Positions 22,461 to 35,770 of a stretch of 64,000 nt of DNA are shown here, piece by piece (the first letter of the stretch is position 1; each line of letters begins with the position of its first letter). The stretch comes from Lama glama (taxonomy: Eukaryota). The DNA lies in contig CM052816.1 of NCBI GenBank assembly GCA_028534125.1, positions 96,784,001 through 96,848,000 of the forward strand, read 5' to 3'. The notes below the pieces were generated by a model that did not search any database, was not told the DNA's origin, and saw nothing but the letters and a program-made list of their open reading frames with translations. Made by a program: the position numbers and the translations under genes.

Positions 22461-23299
22461 CGGCAATCAGACTAAGAAGACGAAGGCCCCATTTGATGGC
22501 AGGTCATGGGACTGCCTGGAAGGTGGCCACATCGTCACACAGTTGCTTTGGTCTACGGGATTGTGAGGATACAGGTCAGTGTGGCTACATTTGCCTCAGA
22601 ATGTGGAGACGGGATCATTTCAGTAAATCATCACCAGCTGCCCACTTGCTCGCATTTCCTTGGCCATAGTAGCAACAGCAATGTAATTTTCTTACTCTCT
22701 GGGCTTTCAAAATCAACCAGTATGTAGCAACTACTCCACCTGTTGGTATTCACGGTTACAATTCCAGAGTAGCAATTGTGACACACACCCTAACTGTCAC
22801 CGGTTTGTTTTCTAATCTCTAGGAGGATTGGAATTTAAATAATTCAGATAAAGCTGGTGTCAAACTTGCCAGCATCTCTCCTGAACTGGCCCTCAGGAAC
22901 CCCACCAGCGCTGCGAATCCTTTCTTTAGCAGGCACTACACAGGACCACCCAGGGATCTTTGGAAAAGCCTTAAACCTCACAGTCATTGAAGCCACCCTG
23001 GATCTGAGAGGCACCATCTCCCCAGGCACAGAGAGATTGACCCCATGTGGGATCTGCACAAAGACATCTGAGCTCTGGGGTGGCTCAGGACCCTTGGGAG
23101 TTTAATGCCAGTGACATTTCTAGATCATGAGGGTTTTTCTTGAAATGAAGGCTGCCTCTCCCCATCATTCTCCGGATGTTGCATTCCTTAACCAATGCCT
23201 GAGGATAAACTAAAGCAAAACTTCTCCATCTTCATCAACCACACATTCTGTATGAATAAGGATAGATCTGACATCCCAGAGGTTATAGGTTTATTGCTT
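22461..23299 (-). pseudogene. Large pseudo-exon (TYNLWDVRSILIHTECVVDEDGEVLL*FILRHWLRN ... WSSCYILVDFESPE ... ENYIAVATMAKEMRASGQLVMIY)
   Basis: Acceptor cataagcag| in phase 0 with exon 24023-24331; protein-like with several frameshifts and stops. Confidence 0.7.
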
Positions 23300-24022
23300 C
23301 TGCTTATGAAAAACATTTTTAAAGAAGGAAGATGTTAAGCATAGTTGCAGGCTTCTGATGTGCACTGCCGTGGGAGAAACGTCTCTGCACAGATTTATTT
23401 CCTTTAATTTAAAAACAGTATATAGCTTTAAATAAGAGAATGTCAGAGTATTTTAATTAGGCTTTGCAAATTAACAAAATGAAATAGGCCATTTTTAATG
23501 TACATCCCCTTCAGCGATGGCCCTCAGTGCCCCCCCTCCACTAGCACACACCGTATGCTGTGCTCACCGTGGAAGTCTGGCTAAGGTTGAATTACGTTGT
23601 AGGGTTCACTCTCATTTATGCTCTTATAGGAATGTGCCTAAAGAAGCTTGCATATGTCCATTAGTTTCAGGGCAACACTGAATTGTGTAAGGACTGACTA
23701 GAAATATTACAAAATGGGTAAAAAGAAAACTGTCTACCTTGTGCTGTCTGTGCATAGCCAGTTAGCTCGGGGGGTCAGAGCCCACAGTAAGAGGGCTCTG
23801 AAATTTGGATCCCATAGGGGTCACCTAACTTCTCAGGGATGCCAATTCTGATGCACGTCCCAGAAGGCAGCACAGATCCAGGCAGTCCTTCCCAGAGATG
23901 CCTCCTCAGAGCCGCTGAGCTGGAGAAGGCTGACCCACCGCCATTTCCTTATAAGAAGCCAAGCTAGAAGCCTGTGGATCAATCTGCTGATAGCATCATA
24001 TTTTAATTCTGTCGAAATTTAC

Positions 24023-24331
24023 TTGGCCCTTTCACAATGGAAACATGTCTGAGAGATGGAGGAGCATGGCACACAGCTTTTTCATTCTCTCTGATTCTGG
24101 GTTCTGATGAGATTCTGGGAAAGGGCTGTGTTCCACCTGGGATTGCTCAGGGTTTCCTACTAGGCTAGATGTGGATGTTCTGGCTACGTTGAGAGGGGTT
24201 TTTCGGTTTTGGTTTTTTTAAGTGGCATAAAAAATCATGTCCTTATTTTTGAGCAATGGAACAAATTTGAGTGTGTCAAAGACGAAATCTTCTCTGTGGT
24301 CTGAAGTTGCGCTCTTGAAAATTAGGAAGGT
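24023..24331 (-). pseudogene. Pseudo-exon (TFLIFKSATSDHREDFVFDTLKFVPLLKNKDMIFYAT*...ERMKKLCAMLLHLSDMFPL*KGQ)
   Basis: 309 nt, phase 0-0, |gtaaat donor, two stops. Confidence 0.75.
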
Positions 24332-24609
24332 CTCAGGGAGAAAAAGTCCACACGAGGCTCAGACCTCAGCTCCACGGCCTCGCCGCCTCTGAGTGCTGCT
24401 GGGGCTGCACCGCCTTCCCTCACTCAGGTGGCCAGACTCTGCCCTGCAGCATCTAGCGGCCAGGGTGGGAGGGCTGCTCCCTCTGGTCCTGAGGGATGGA
24501 CAGAGCCTGAGCGCAGCCCCCTCGCCTGACAGCTCTCCTGGGCCCTTACCGCCCGTATACTTGTCTCTCCCTCAGCAGGATCTTAGGCCACTTGGCCCTT
24601 TACCTTAAA

Positions 24610-24790
24610 ATAGTAACAGTTATTGTATGCTTACTACATTCCAGACTGTGTCGTAACACTATTCCATATTTTATTTACCCTACATAAAAGTTACATTTTT
24701 ATCTTCATTTTATAGATGAGCAAATTTCAGATCCTGTAGGCAACAAGCGGCATATCTGAGGCTTGAACCTTGTCAGGTAGAGGCGATACA
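24610..24790. mobile_element. MIR SINE relic
   Basis: tatcttcattttatagatgagcaaa core. Confidence 0.6.
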
Positions 24791-25089
24791 GATAGAGACA
24801 GGAAACATTTCTCCATATTTTCCGTAACTTGTTTTTATGAATTAAGAATCTCCGTGTTTCAAAAATGAACACAGCAAACTTAATAGCATTGATTTTTGTA
24901 TGTGATTGTTAGTTTATTTTTGTCAGCCTTCATATTGATGTGTCCTATGGGCCGAATTATAATTCAGTTAGATTTCTGTGAATGGAGTATTCATTCAACA
25001 AATGTCTTTTCTTTAGGACAAGAGATTTAAATCGGTGTCTAAAAGCAGCAAGCAGACGCTTATAATAAAAGGATGCCCTGATGTCTGAT

Positions 25090-26180
25090 GTTAGCGCCAC
25101 TCCGGGTGGACGCCCCCCCCCCAACTTGAAACGTTGGGCATCGCACGTTCCTTGACACCAGCCGAGGCTCCGCTCTGCACGCATACTAGCGGGTGTAGAC
25201 AGACCTCCAGGTCTGAGCACAAACCCGAAGCTTCTTTATTGGCTTGAAACGCACCGGGCCCTAACTCACCGAACAGGAGCGCAGACGCACCCGCGGCCGC
25301 GCTGAATCCCCGGGAACGGCCGGCTCCGGGNNNNNNNNNNNNNNNNNNNNNNNNNNNNNNNNNNNNNNNNNNNNNNNNNNNNNNNNNNNNNNNNNNNNNN
25401 NNNNNNNNNNNNNNNNNNNNNNNNNNNNNNNNNNNNNNNNNNNNNNNNNNNNNNNNNNNNNNNNNNNNNNNNNNNNNNNNNNNNNNNNNNNNNNNNNNNN
25501 NNNNNNNNNNNNNNNNNNNNNNNNNNNNNNNNNNNNNNNNNNNNNNNNNNNNNNNNNNNNNNNNNNNNNNNNNNNNNNNNNNNNNNNNNNNNNNNNNNNN
25601 NNNNNNNNNNNNNNNNNNNNNNNNNNNNNNNNNNNNNNNNNNNNNNNNNNNNNNNNNNNNNNNNNNNNNNNNNNNNNNNNNNNNNNNNNNNNNNNNNNNN
25701 NNNNNNNNNNNNNNNNNNNNNNNNNNNNNNNNNNNNNNNNNNNNNNNNNNNNNNNNNNNNNNNNNNNNNNNNNNNNNNNNNNNNNNNNNNNNNNNNNNNN
25801 NNNNNNNNNNNNNNNNNNNNNNNNNNNNNNCCTGCTTGTATCATGAAGCTGATGTACATGGAGCTGGGAGCACGCCGGGCGCCACTTCTCAGAGGAGAAT
25901 CAGGAAGTTGCATACGTAGTGTGTGTATGTCTACAGGTTGGCTGTGCTGGTCTGGACTTGTGCTGGGAGTGGGAGCCCCAGATCGAGCTGCACGTGTTTC
26001 CCTGCTCCTCAGAGGGTCCTGGCCTCACAGCAGAGCCATGGTTTGCAGCTGGGGAGGGGACAGAGCAGCGAGTGTCCACGGGCAGTTTATGTCCTCTTGT
26101 GATGCGACCCACGGCCATCACCCACAGGCCCGTAAACAAGTGCGCCACCGGCCGGGAAGGGGGACTTTCAGGAACGGGCC
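25090..26180. promoter_or_regulatory. CpG island (core hidden by the assembly gap), candidate promoter or regulatory element
   Basis: CpG density rises steeply toward the gap (gcgcagacgcacccgcggccgcgctgaatccccgggaacggccggctccggg) and persists after it. Confidence 0.6.
25331..25830. other. Assembly gap (500 N)
   Basis: Run of n. Confidence 1.
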
Positions 26181-26391
26181 TGGTGTAAATTGCACGCTGT
26201 CTCTTCTCCTATCATTGTTTTTTTTAATTACCTGAGAAATTTAGGCTGTGGGCACAGTACCTGCCCAGGGATTTCTAGTTTTTGTAGAAACCCAGCCTGT
26301 GCTAAATACTCTAAAACTTTAAATCCACTATTTAAATAAATCAGGTCGTATTCGAAGCCCACGTCCTATGCCAAAGCAAGGTGAGCTTCAC

Positions 26392-26602
26392 CAGCATAAA
26401 CTAAACATCTTTGTCTCTCAAGAGTTTGTCATCATTTTAGGAACAAGCGTTCAGTGGATTGAAGAGTGATGTTACTTTTGGCCATGTTTCTGAGCCAATA
26501 TAGAGTTTTGATTACACTCTGTGAATCTTAATATCGATCTTTTCTGTGTCAGAAATCCGAACTGGCCTTCTTCATATATTTTCAATGTGGAAGTAACACT
26601 GT
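26392..26602 (-). pseudogene. Pseudo-exon (QCYFHIENI*RRPVRISDTEKIDIKIHRV*SKLYIGSETWPKVTSLFNPLNACS*NDDKLLRDKDV*FML)
   Basis: 211 nt, phase 2-0, matching both neighbours. Confidence 0.7.
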
Positions 26603-26764
26603 CTAACGCGTGTAAAGATAAACAGGGATATTAAAAAGCCGTGACTTTTAGGCTGAGAACACAATGATTTCTAGTTTCTGTAGAAAATTTTTAATTTAGT
26701 TTAAAATTTTTATATTAAATGCTCAAAAATATAAACAATTTATTTAAATACATCAACAAATAAC

Positions 26765-26858
26765 TGGTCCCATATTCTGTGCAAAAGGCAAGACGAATTC
26801 ATCAGTATAAATGAAGCATCTCTGTCAGGAGTTTTTGACCACTTTAGGAACCAGAGTT
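26765..26858 (-). pseudogene. Pseudo-exon (LWFLKWSKTPDRDASFILMNSSCLLHRIWD), frame open
   Basis: aaacctacag| acceptor, 94 nt, phase 1-2. Confidence 0.7.
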
Positions 26859-27897
26859 CTGTAGGTTTAAACAGTAAATGTACTTTTCTCTTATTTCTGA
26901 ACCTACATGGATCTTTTTATTATAGTATGTTTATTTATATTTATATACATTTATATGCACATATATATGTGCATTTATATTTATACTTTTATAATTATGT
27001 ATATTTATAGTATGCATACTTTTGTGTAGTATGTATATTTGTATGTTAATCACTAGTGTAGGAGAAATAATTGCCCTCTTACATATTTGAATGTTAATGA
27101 TTACTGTTGAAACCATTTAAAGATGAGAAACCAGAATTTGACGAAGTAGCGTTTCTTTGTTCTCTTCCGTGGGTCTGTTTGCTCAGCCACAAGCTGTGGG
27201 TTACAGTGCTTTTCTCCGAAGGTTGTTGTGGTTCATTAAAAGCACAACACATACGAAAGCATCCAGCACTCTTCTGGGTACTGACCAATCCTTTGTTTCT
27301 TCCTCCTATATTTTTTCTTTCCTTTTCCTCCTTTTTCCTTCCTTCCTTTCTTCTCTGTAAGATGGTAGGTACTGAAGCAGCGTCGAGTGCACACTGCGAG
27401 CTGTTTCCTAAACCGCCGGGACCACGGCACACAAGAAGGACCTGCTCCCCCGCAGCTGTCCCCCCCCCGGCTCCCCGCTGTGTCCTCCCATGTCTGCTCT
27501 GCCTTTGATTTTCCTGCTTCCCGGTTTCTCTGGTCCGAGTAGGGGAACGAGGTTTGCAGTGTGTGTGTGTGATGTGGGTGTAACTCCTGGGCAGAGCAGG
27601 GTGAACACCTAGAGGCCACCTGCCCACCCGCCCGCCCCCACAATCAGCCAGTCCACTGGGGACTCAGAGGACCAGATCTGCCACCATCTAAACCAGCTGG
27701 AGCCTGTTTTGAGCAGAAGCAGCTGAGAAATGCTTGAGATGGGAGAATTGTGTGGGAAGTTGCTTCCTGAGCTGTGAGAGCTCTGATAGGATGCTTCTTT
27801 CCACGAAAGTCACGGGTTTTCCAGGTTGATCATGCGTTAAAGGCAAAAGGGAATTTGCAAAAGTAAGTGAAGGGCATGATGCAACATGGGCATGTAC

Positions 27898-28022
27898 CAG
27901 TCAGGTTTCAACAAAGGTCTCTGCCTGCTTGATGAGTAAGGTGGAAACGTGATTCAGGAAGTGCATCCCGTGATGCACTGCTTCCATTTGGATGTACCCT
28001 TCTTTGTCAGGCATTTTTCTAG
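27898..28022 (-). pseudogene. Pseudo-exon (RKMPDKEGYIQMEAVHHGMHFLNHVSTLLIKQAETFVET*L)
   Basis: ggcttag| acceptor, |gtacat donor, 125 nt. Confidence 0.6.
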
Positions 28023-28359
28023 CTAAGCCACCATTAAAACCAAGGATCAAAATAAGCTGAACCAAGACTTTAAAAATAAGAAAGCATTTCAATCACACTA
28101 CTCGCAATAAAAATATCAGTATACTTGCATTCACTTATAATGATATAACAGTGTTTCTGATGAAAGTAACAATTAATATAAATATAAAGTATCTTTAAAC
28201 AAAAAAAGCAGGGCCAGGAGGAAAGAGATCAAGAAAGAGAGAAAGAGAGAGAAGGAGGAAGGATTCGAGAAAGAGAGAGAGAGAGAAGGAGGAAGGATTT
28301 CCAGTTTCTAAAAGACAAACTCCCTCTCCCCTTGATACAGGGGTGGCTGCTCCCTGTCC

Positions 28360-28660
28360 CTGGTCACCGCCCTCCCTTCACCTGGACAGCCCCTCCTCAC
28401 CCTTCAGATACATCAACATAGAACTCAGAGAGCTGTCCCTGACCACTGCAGACTTAGATGGGGTCACCCATGTTCTACCACTGCACCGTCTGCATATGAC
28501 AGCATCACATGGTCCCAGTGATGTGAAAACCCGTTTACAGGTCTGTCCCCTTCTGTTGATGGTGGCCGCCTCCTCCCAGGAGACCTTGTTTTATTTACCT
28601 TTGAAGGTGCGTAGACTCACTCTATCACAGACCCACAGTCAGTGTTTGATCTGTGAGTCA
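28360..28660. mobile_element. L2 3' relic
   Basis: ctcctcacccttcagatacatcaac...cagagagctgtccctgaccact...cagtcagtgtttg. Confidence 0.5.
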
Positions 28661-28980
28661 AGACAGAAATAAGAAAATTTTAAAAAAAGGGCTGGCAACA
28701 AAATGAGCTTCCAAATAAAGAAACACTGAGGGCTGATGCCTGATACCTGAGAATGTTCCAGCAGGAGTTTTCAAGTCCATTCCTCTCTTGTAGCAATAAC
28801 AGCCCACTAGCCCTCCGCCTGGAAACAGTAACACAGAAACCACGAGATGAGCAGAAGAACCCAAGCCACCTCTCAGACGACAGGGTGGCCGATTTCGCAG
28901 GTTACCCAGGTTAGGAAACTCTTGCTGGCTCTTCATATGACAAGAATGTCATGGTCTAAGTGAAGTCTAACTTTATTCAG

Positions 28981-29160
28981 TTTTTTTTTAATTTATTTAA
29001 TTTTAATTGTTTTTAACTGAGGTATAGTTGATTTACAATGTTGTGTCCGTTTCTGGCGTACAGCGTAGTGACTCAGTTATACATACATATATATGTATAT
29101 TCTTTTTATATCTTTTTTCATTATAGGTTATTACAAGATATTGTAGTTCCCTGTGCTATA
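28981..29160 (-). mobile_element. L1 extreme 3' end (cetartiodactyl/laurasiatherian type)
   Basis: Poly-T followed by gaggtatagttgatttacaatgttgtg...ttcattataggttattacaagatattg..gttccctgtgctata. Confidence 0.85.
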
Positions 29161-29639
29161 GAGAAGCCTTTATTTGGTTTTAATCAGGTCTCTTACAAGT
29201 AGTCACACTTGTTTAGTTTAAAAGATGTTTATGAAAGTTCTTATCTATTCTATGCACCATAAGTTGCCATTAAATAGGCCATTTTGCCGTAATAGAACGG
29301 GTTTCAGGTAATTGGCCTCAACTCAGCTGGTCCCTGTACACCAACCAAGCAAGACAGTTCCACCCATTCAGGTCGCAGTTGCTCCTCTTCACACCTGCCT
29401 GCTCCCTTTCATGCCTGTTCCTGGGTGTGCGGCGGCCAGGGACTGGGGAGGGCAGGGGAGGAGGAGGGCAGGTAATTTACACTCACAGATCTTTTCCTGG
29501 CTTCTGTCGGCCTCCTCCCTGTTTCCAACCTCTCCCACCTCTTATACTGTCTGTTCTGCTCGATGCTCTGGACTCCTTCCCTGTCTCCCGTCTGCAGCCT
29601 CCTCAGCCTGCCCTCCCTCTCACATGTCCACTCAGAGTT

Positions 29640-29810
29640 AAGGTTCATCTAATCATCATAATTCTAGGAAAACAGATCTCTGAGCTCCCATTTAGGGGTG
29701 GGAAACCTGAGGCATGAGACGTGAGGCGTTTCAAGTGGCTTTTCCTAAGCTCACACAGCTACTTAGTGACAGAACTGTGTCCTGGCTCGGGATGCTGTGC
29801 CTCCAGATAA
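29640..29810. mobile_element. MIR SINE relic
   Basis: cccatttaggggtgggaaacctgaggcatgaga...cctaagctcacacagctacttagtgacaga. Confidence 0.7.
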
Positions 29811-30849
29811 ACCAAGGGTTCCTCCACGAAGGCCGTGAACATGAAGCTCCCCAGGATGGAGCCCCTGTTCTAACACAGAATAGATGCATAGAATCACCAG
29901 TTCTCTGAAGTCACTGAGGCGCCGTTCACTGTCCTGTAATATCCAGATCTGGCCCCAACTTCTGGTATAATATGAACAACGACTAACAAAGGCCGCATGG
30001 GAATATTAGGCAGCAGCAGACGTCTTCATGGGGGGGAGGGTCTGTGTACAGACAGGGTCCCCACTCTGTTCCGCTCCGGCTCCTGTGACCAAGCCTTTCA
30101 AATCCACTGAACTGAATGCTTAGTTCATTTTGTGTTTATACCCCTTAATACGTGGTTTGATCAGATGTCAGTTACTTGCTCAGCAAGGATTTTACTCATT
30201 CAGTAACCAATTTGCTGTAACCTTTTGATCAGGGCCAGCTCTAAGCAGCCAGGTGGTTTGAGCTGTGTGTCTTTGAGGACATGGACCAAGATTGTACTCA
30301 CTGCAAAGACCAAAGAACTGGGGAGTGAAACTTAAAATCAACCTAATGCCCAAGGCAAGCCTTCAGCACGCTTGCCTAACATTACGTAACATGACAACGT
30401 GACCCCCGCCTTCGTCTGGGACCCTTTTGCTCTGCTGTATCTAGCAGCCCCTTAGAGGAATAACGGAAGTTACTCTCTTTACTTTCTCGCCATTTTTAAC
30501 CTCACTTCTTAATATGCTTCACATTGAAAAAGAATCAAAGCGAAGGCTGCCAGTGGGAAATCTCTCTCCAGATTTGTGCATTTATTGATAGAGCAGGTCA
30601 ACTGGAAATTTAATCTAACATGTATTTAAATGGAAATCATAAGAACAGGGATTTTTATTTCTCTATATCACAGGAATTGTATTCCAGCTAAATTCATTTA
30701 TTTTGAGATTGCTGCTACATACAGCACATTAAAAAAAAGGAGTATTAGGTAAAATTGAATCAGCATAATAACTTAATATTTCTGCTCATATGCTGCTTAA
30801 TTCTAATCTACTACATAACCCGCTACAATTACGTAATGGAATTACATGA

Positions 30850-31177
30850 AGTGATTTGGATTGCCTGGATCTATTTTTATTTGCCCCCAAGATGTTATCT
30901 GACAAATGCTGAGTATAAATTGCTGGAGAGCAAAGAAATTTCCTTTCTCAGCCAAGGGCATTTTGTAATTTAAATTCATTATCAAGGAATGTAAGATCAC
31001 ATTATATATATGTGAAAATAATCTCCCTGTTTAGAAAAAGCTGAATTTTCACAGCCAGAATACGTCGAATCTCCGCCATGTAGCAGTTTCCTTACCGTGG
31101 GTCATAGATGAACGTTAGTGTTCCTACCAAAGTGCACCCTTGTATTTACTAGATCATAATATCAATCCTATTTTTGT
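30850..31177 (-). pseudogene. Pseudo-exons 31096-31177 (DKNRIDIMI**IQGCTLVGTLTFIYDP) and 31026 downward (REIIFTYI*CDLTFLDNEFKL), with a 69-nt intron
   Basis: tttatttag| acceptor, |gtaagg donor, ttttctaaacag| acceptor; phases 1-2 then 2. Confidence 0.7.
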
Positions 31178-33151
31178 CTAAATAAATTTAGCCTTAAAAC
31201 CAGTAAATCAGACCCTATTCCCCTTTTCACTTCCTGGGACCAGCCACTCAGCCCTTCCTTCTTCTCACCCCTCTATTTTGTAGGAACACAAACAACCCAG
31301 GGACCATTTCATACTCTGACTTTAAAATTTCCTAGGTGGACAGAGTTCCATTTATGACCTAGCCTTTAGAGTCTATAAAAAGAGATCTGTTAAATCCATC
31401 TACTCCTACATGTATCAGAACAGAAAGCTAAAACTAAGGATAGCCAATGAGTTTCTCACATGCAGAAACACAATAGCCTTCACTGTTCGGTGTAAATTTC
31501 TTCCTTCGGTCTTCTTTTTTATGGCCTTTACCTCTGTAACATGGATAACCAGCCCAGACCTTCGCCCCTGGAGGCTGCCTGCCCTGGGGGAGACCTTTGC
31601 GACCTCAAAGGGTGAGACCAGTGACCCAGGAGTGGTCCTCAGCAGCAGTGTGCTTGGGGCCAGCCTTCTCCACGAAGCTGCAGACTCAGCTCATTCTGTG
31701 GTCTCCCCGCCAGGAACACTTCCCATCACCCGCTACTGACTCACCGCTAATCCTGGTGACACTTCCAACATGAGGCTCACAGGAGCATCTCGCCGAGCCC
31801 CCAACTGACACCTGCAGAATCACAACCTTCTTTCGAAAGTCAAGTCTCCTTGAAGGAACTCACTCAAAACTCTCTTCAACTGAACACACGAGCAAGACAA
31901 GCACAGCAGGCCCTCATCGCTTTTCTTTCTGGAAACCTTTACAGAACAACAGAGCCCCTGCTCACGGCAGTGAGGGGAGGGGCAGGTCACAAACAAGTAA
32001 ATGGAGAGCAAAGAGTGTTTTTGCAGGTGTGGGGAGATTTCTGAAGGAAACAGACAAAAAAAGAAAGAGTGACTGAGAAAGCCCTAATCACAGAGGTCTT
32101 GGCTCTGAGGAGGGGGCATTAAAGCTGGTCTGAAAGGTGAAGTCAGCTATGTAAAAAGTTGCGGGAAAAGTCTCCCAGTTCAGGAACAGCAAATGCAAAC
32201 GCTGACTATTGCACTGCAGTCAGTCCTATCCCAAGGGGTTAAAACGATGGTAACACATTGCTAAGAGCCAAGCCCACTCCAAAACGACATGACCTTCGAA
32301 GATTTGGAAAGGCCCTCCTAGGCCCTGGGTGCATTCAGTGATAGTTCCAGGGTAATTATCAGCACATGAAATGTTTTGATGCCAACCGCAAAAAATAAAA
32401 AATAAAAAGCAAGAACAAAAACAGAACAAAAAACATGGTTTACTTGGTGCTTTCCTCAAAGATGGAAAGCTTTGAACCTTTGAAAATACCAGTTACAGAA
32501 AAGTAATAATCAGGAAGTGCAAAAAGAACCCTGGACTTGGAGTTGTAAAGTATGTCCTTGGCTGGGCTCTGGCTCTAGGAAGCCTGGGGACACTGAGAAC
32601 ACAGAGGAGGGCCCTTGGCCTTCCAAGATCTTGATCACCAGGCACTGCTCTCAACAGGTGTTTATATTAGGCTCATGTATCTTTGTTCTATACAGTGGCT
32701 CATTGTCTATTACGATAATTATTTTGACGCTCAAATTTTCACAGATTGGACCCAAGGCGGCTCTTCCAGCTTGTTCCTGGCTGCCTTTCCTATGTTCTTA
32801 TGACTCTTTTAAGGACTTGTTTACCTCCTGGTTTAAGAAGATGTTCCAGACTCAGCTTGTGCTTTTCTTGGAATCAGCCGTCTATCCGGGGAGCCCTGGT
32901 TTCTTTTAGCAGAGGTTTACCAGAGATTATTTTTTTAGAAACCAATATCTTGATGCTAGGCTGTACATATACTACATTCTTCACCACATTCATAGAAAAG
33001 ACCAGAAGCTCACTCTGATCAATATATGAAAAGATATAGTGTGGTTAAGAGGAGCAAAATTTGAAACTTGGCATTTCAGAACACCTGGATTGTGGTACTG
33101 TATTCATATAATACTTGCAGAAGTATTTCTATGCAGAATGAATGGGTTTAC

Positions 33152-33469
33152 CTTTGTCTTTGAAATTGCTTGGTCTTAATGTCAATGATCTATGTTTCTT
33201 CATCATTTGTTCCAAACTTAAATGTGAGTAGGAGGACTGAATAAATTAGCCAAAGTGGTATGTCTGCACCATAGAAAAACATATTACATCACACAGTATT
33301 TCCACAGGCTTCTTTAAAGTTACACAGAACCCATTGCACATAATTACACTTCCTTGTTCTAGTCCCATGACTACTTGAAAGAAAATTATTTCTGTAGATA
33401 TTGTACTTTTTATTCTCTGTTCAACTTTCCTATGAGGTTAAAAATGCACTGAGAAGCTTGCCGAATTCA
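33152..33469 (-). pseudogene. Pseudo-exon (NSASFSVHF*PHRKVEQRIKSTISTEIIFFQVVMGLEQGSVIMCNGFCVTLKKPVEILCDVICFSMVQTYHFG*...RPSNFKDK)
   Basis: ttctttttatgacag| acceptor, |gtaaac donor, 318 nt, phase 1-1, two stops. Confidence 0.8.
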
Positions 33470-34087
33470 CTGTCATAAAAAGAATAAAAGTCTTTAGAAT
33501 CACAAGAATTTTCAAGTAAGTTTCTCAGATCTCATTATATTTGAAAATGTAGCTAACATATTTCACATTTTCTCCTCTTCCAGTACAATATCACTATCAG
33601 TTCTGAAACTGGTTATTATTGGTCATAACCATCAAATGGAATTTCTAATAAAATTTTTATTTCATAGTGGGCATCTGTCTGCTTACATCTTTAGAGTACT
33701 GTCAGGCAGAAATTCCTATACAGACTCTGCTAATAATTTTGGTTCTATCTACCACTTAGGAAGTGTCTTGTTTGTGCCAAATGCTTTATACATATCATCT
33801 CCGTTGCTGGACTGTGTTTTACTCTCCCCATTTCAGTGTGTTTCGGAAGGCAGCTGGAGCTCCAGTGTCTCAAGGTCTTAGGTTAGAACTGGATCTCCGT
33901 TCTCCCACACTGGTCCTGCCCGACCACAGTCCACAGTGGCTTCACTTTACGGTACTGTTCAGTATTCATTGCCTCCTTGCTTTAAACTAGATAACGTGTG
34001 TGAAGCACCAACGTTGTGCCTGTATGTGGAATTCCAGTTTCGTGTTGCTTCTCTTCCTTAAAGTGATTGATATGTTTCAAAATATGC

Positions 34088-34926
34088 CGTCTCCAGCCTA
34101 ATTTTCATGTGTCAGTGCTTCCAAAACTCTGGGGTTCTCCTCTTTGACATTGTGTCAGATCAGATAATTAATAATGTTTCAGCCAAAACATGTGTTTCCT
34201 TGGGGAGTTCATTTATTTAAAGGCGCATTCTGCAAATTCCTTATTTGGCTCACCCCTGAGGAGGGACTTCTATACACTGATTTTGCTAACTGTACATACA
34301 TTTCTCTAATATTTGGCATGGATAGGTGTTGATTATTATCATGAAAAGTGCAAACCTGAAATCCCATTTGAAATACTGTGAATGTGACTGCATAGAAAAA
34401 AGATTAGGATTGCTTATATCTAGGAGGTGGAATCGGGGTAATTCTTACTTTCTATTTATGATGCTCTGAAAGGAAGAAAGTATGCCAAATCTACTCTTTG
34501 AGGAACTTAGCCACCAGAAGTTCTAATTGTAAAGCACACTGCAGTGTCACCCTGGAAAAGAAGAATCCATGAGCAATTTCTATCTTAGAGAACAGAGGGT
34601 GTGAGTAAACACAGATCTATACTAATGTTGTTAGTGAAAAAACAAAGATACAAGCCGTCTATAAATCGGATGTTGAAACAGCCTTGTGCATAGCGAGTGT
34701 TCTCCTAAGGAACCACTGTGGGTAAGATCCACTAACTAGATGAATTATATTAATGCATTTTTCCGATTGTGAGATATCTCTGCATCGTAATCCCTTCATT
34801 CTCATTAATTAATCAGGCTCTCAAATTAGATCTGACAGTATTTTATTTATGAATTGGGAATCTATAGTCACAAATGATATTGATAACCTCTTAATTCCTT
34901 CCATGGCTACTGAGAAGTCATTCAGA
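34088..34926 (-). pseudogene. Three pseudo-exons: 34088-34355 (VCTFHDNNQHLSMPNIREMYVQLAKSVY...), about 34484-34550 (GDTAVCFTIRTSGG*VPQRVDL), about 34651-34926 (LNDFSVAMEGIKRLSISFVTIDSQFINKILSDLI...)
   Basis: atttcag| and ttcttttccag| acceptors. Exon 34088-34355 is 268 nt, phase 0-1, matching the exon starting at 33469; its donor reads gc. Confidence 0.7.
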
Positions 34927-35770
34927 CTTTCACAGAATTGAATGAGTGTGTGTGTGTGTTTGTGCATAATGTGTGCATATTCGTGGTATAGGTGTGTCTG
35001 TGTATGTAATTTAATGTATATTTAAATCCCTATAAAATGCACTTCTTAGAGATTTTCAGATTCGTTACAAGAAGTACTGAATTTTGTTCTCTTTAACTAT
35101 TTTGTTCCTGTTTTGTTCTTATAACTCTTAATGGTGTTGCAGTCCCTCTAATAGCAACTTAAATTAGGGAAATCTCCATAATCTCTCTGATTCCTCAGCA
35201 TCCTCCTTTGGAAAATGGAATTGGTGACACCTACGCCGTACGGTGGTGAGAGTCCATGCATATAAAATGTTCATCATGGTGCGCGGTCTGTAGCAAACCA
35301 GAGGTAACTGCCAGGCCCCCCTCTTGGGCTCCGGCCAGTTCTCGCCCTGTGAGGTCGCTTTATGCCGTGCCTTTCCTGTGATGACCACGGCAAGGCTGTC
35401 CGGGGGCTGGAAGCCCTCAGAGACTGTGATGAGTGGACCCAGGGCCCTCCCTTCTGTCTCCCTGCTGCGGAGCAGGCTCTGGGGTCATGGGGACGCGGTC
35501 CCTCCCACCCTGAGCACCACGCCCAGGGCCTGGATTGAGGCGGGGTCATCATGCTTCCTTCCCTAGAGCTGCCACATGGACGTACCCTGGTTTGTCCCAC
35601 TGCATGCGCGGACAGGTCACCAGAGACCAGCACTTCCTCCCACAAGCCACCGTCCCCCAGAGGGATGGGGCTGCCTCCCCGGGGCTGTGCAGGAGACTCA
35701 GCCCTGGAGGACAGCTTCTGTCTTTCTGGTTGGGAGAAGTTTGATTTCTGGTGTTCCCACAGCAGCTTAC

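Noticed and set aside
25266..25913. 215-aa minus ORF
   Set aside because: Artefact of translating through the N gap.
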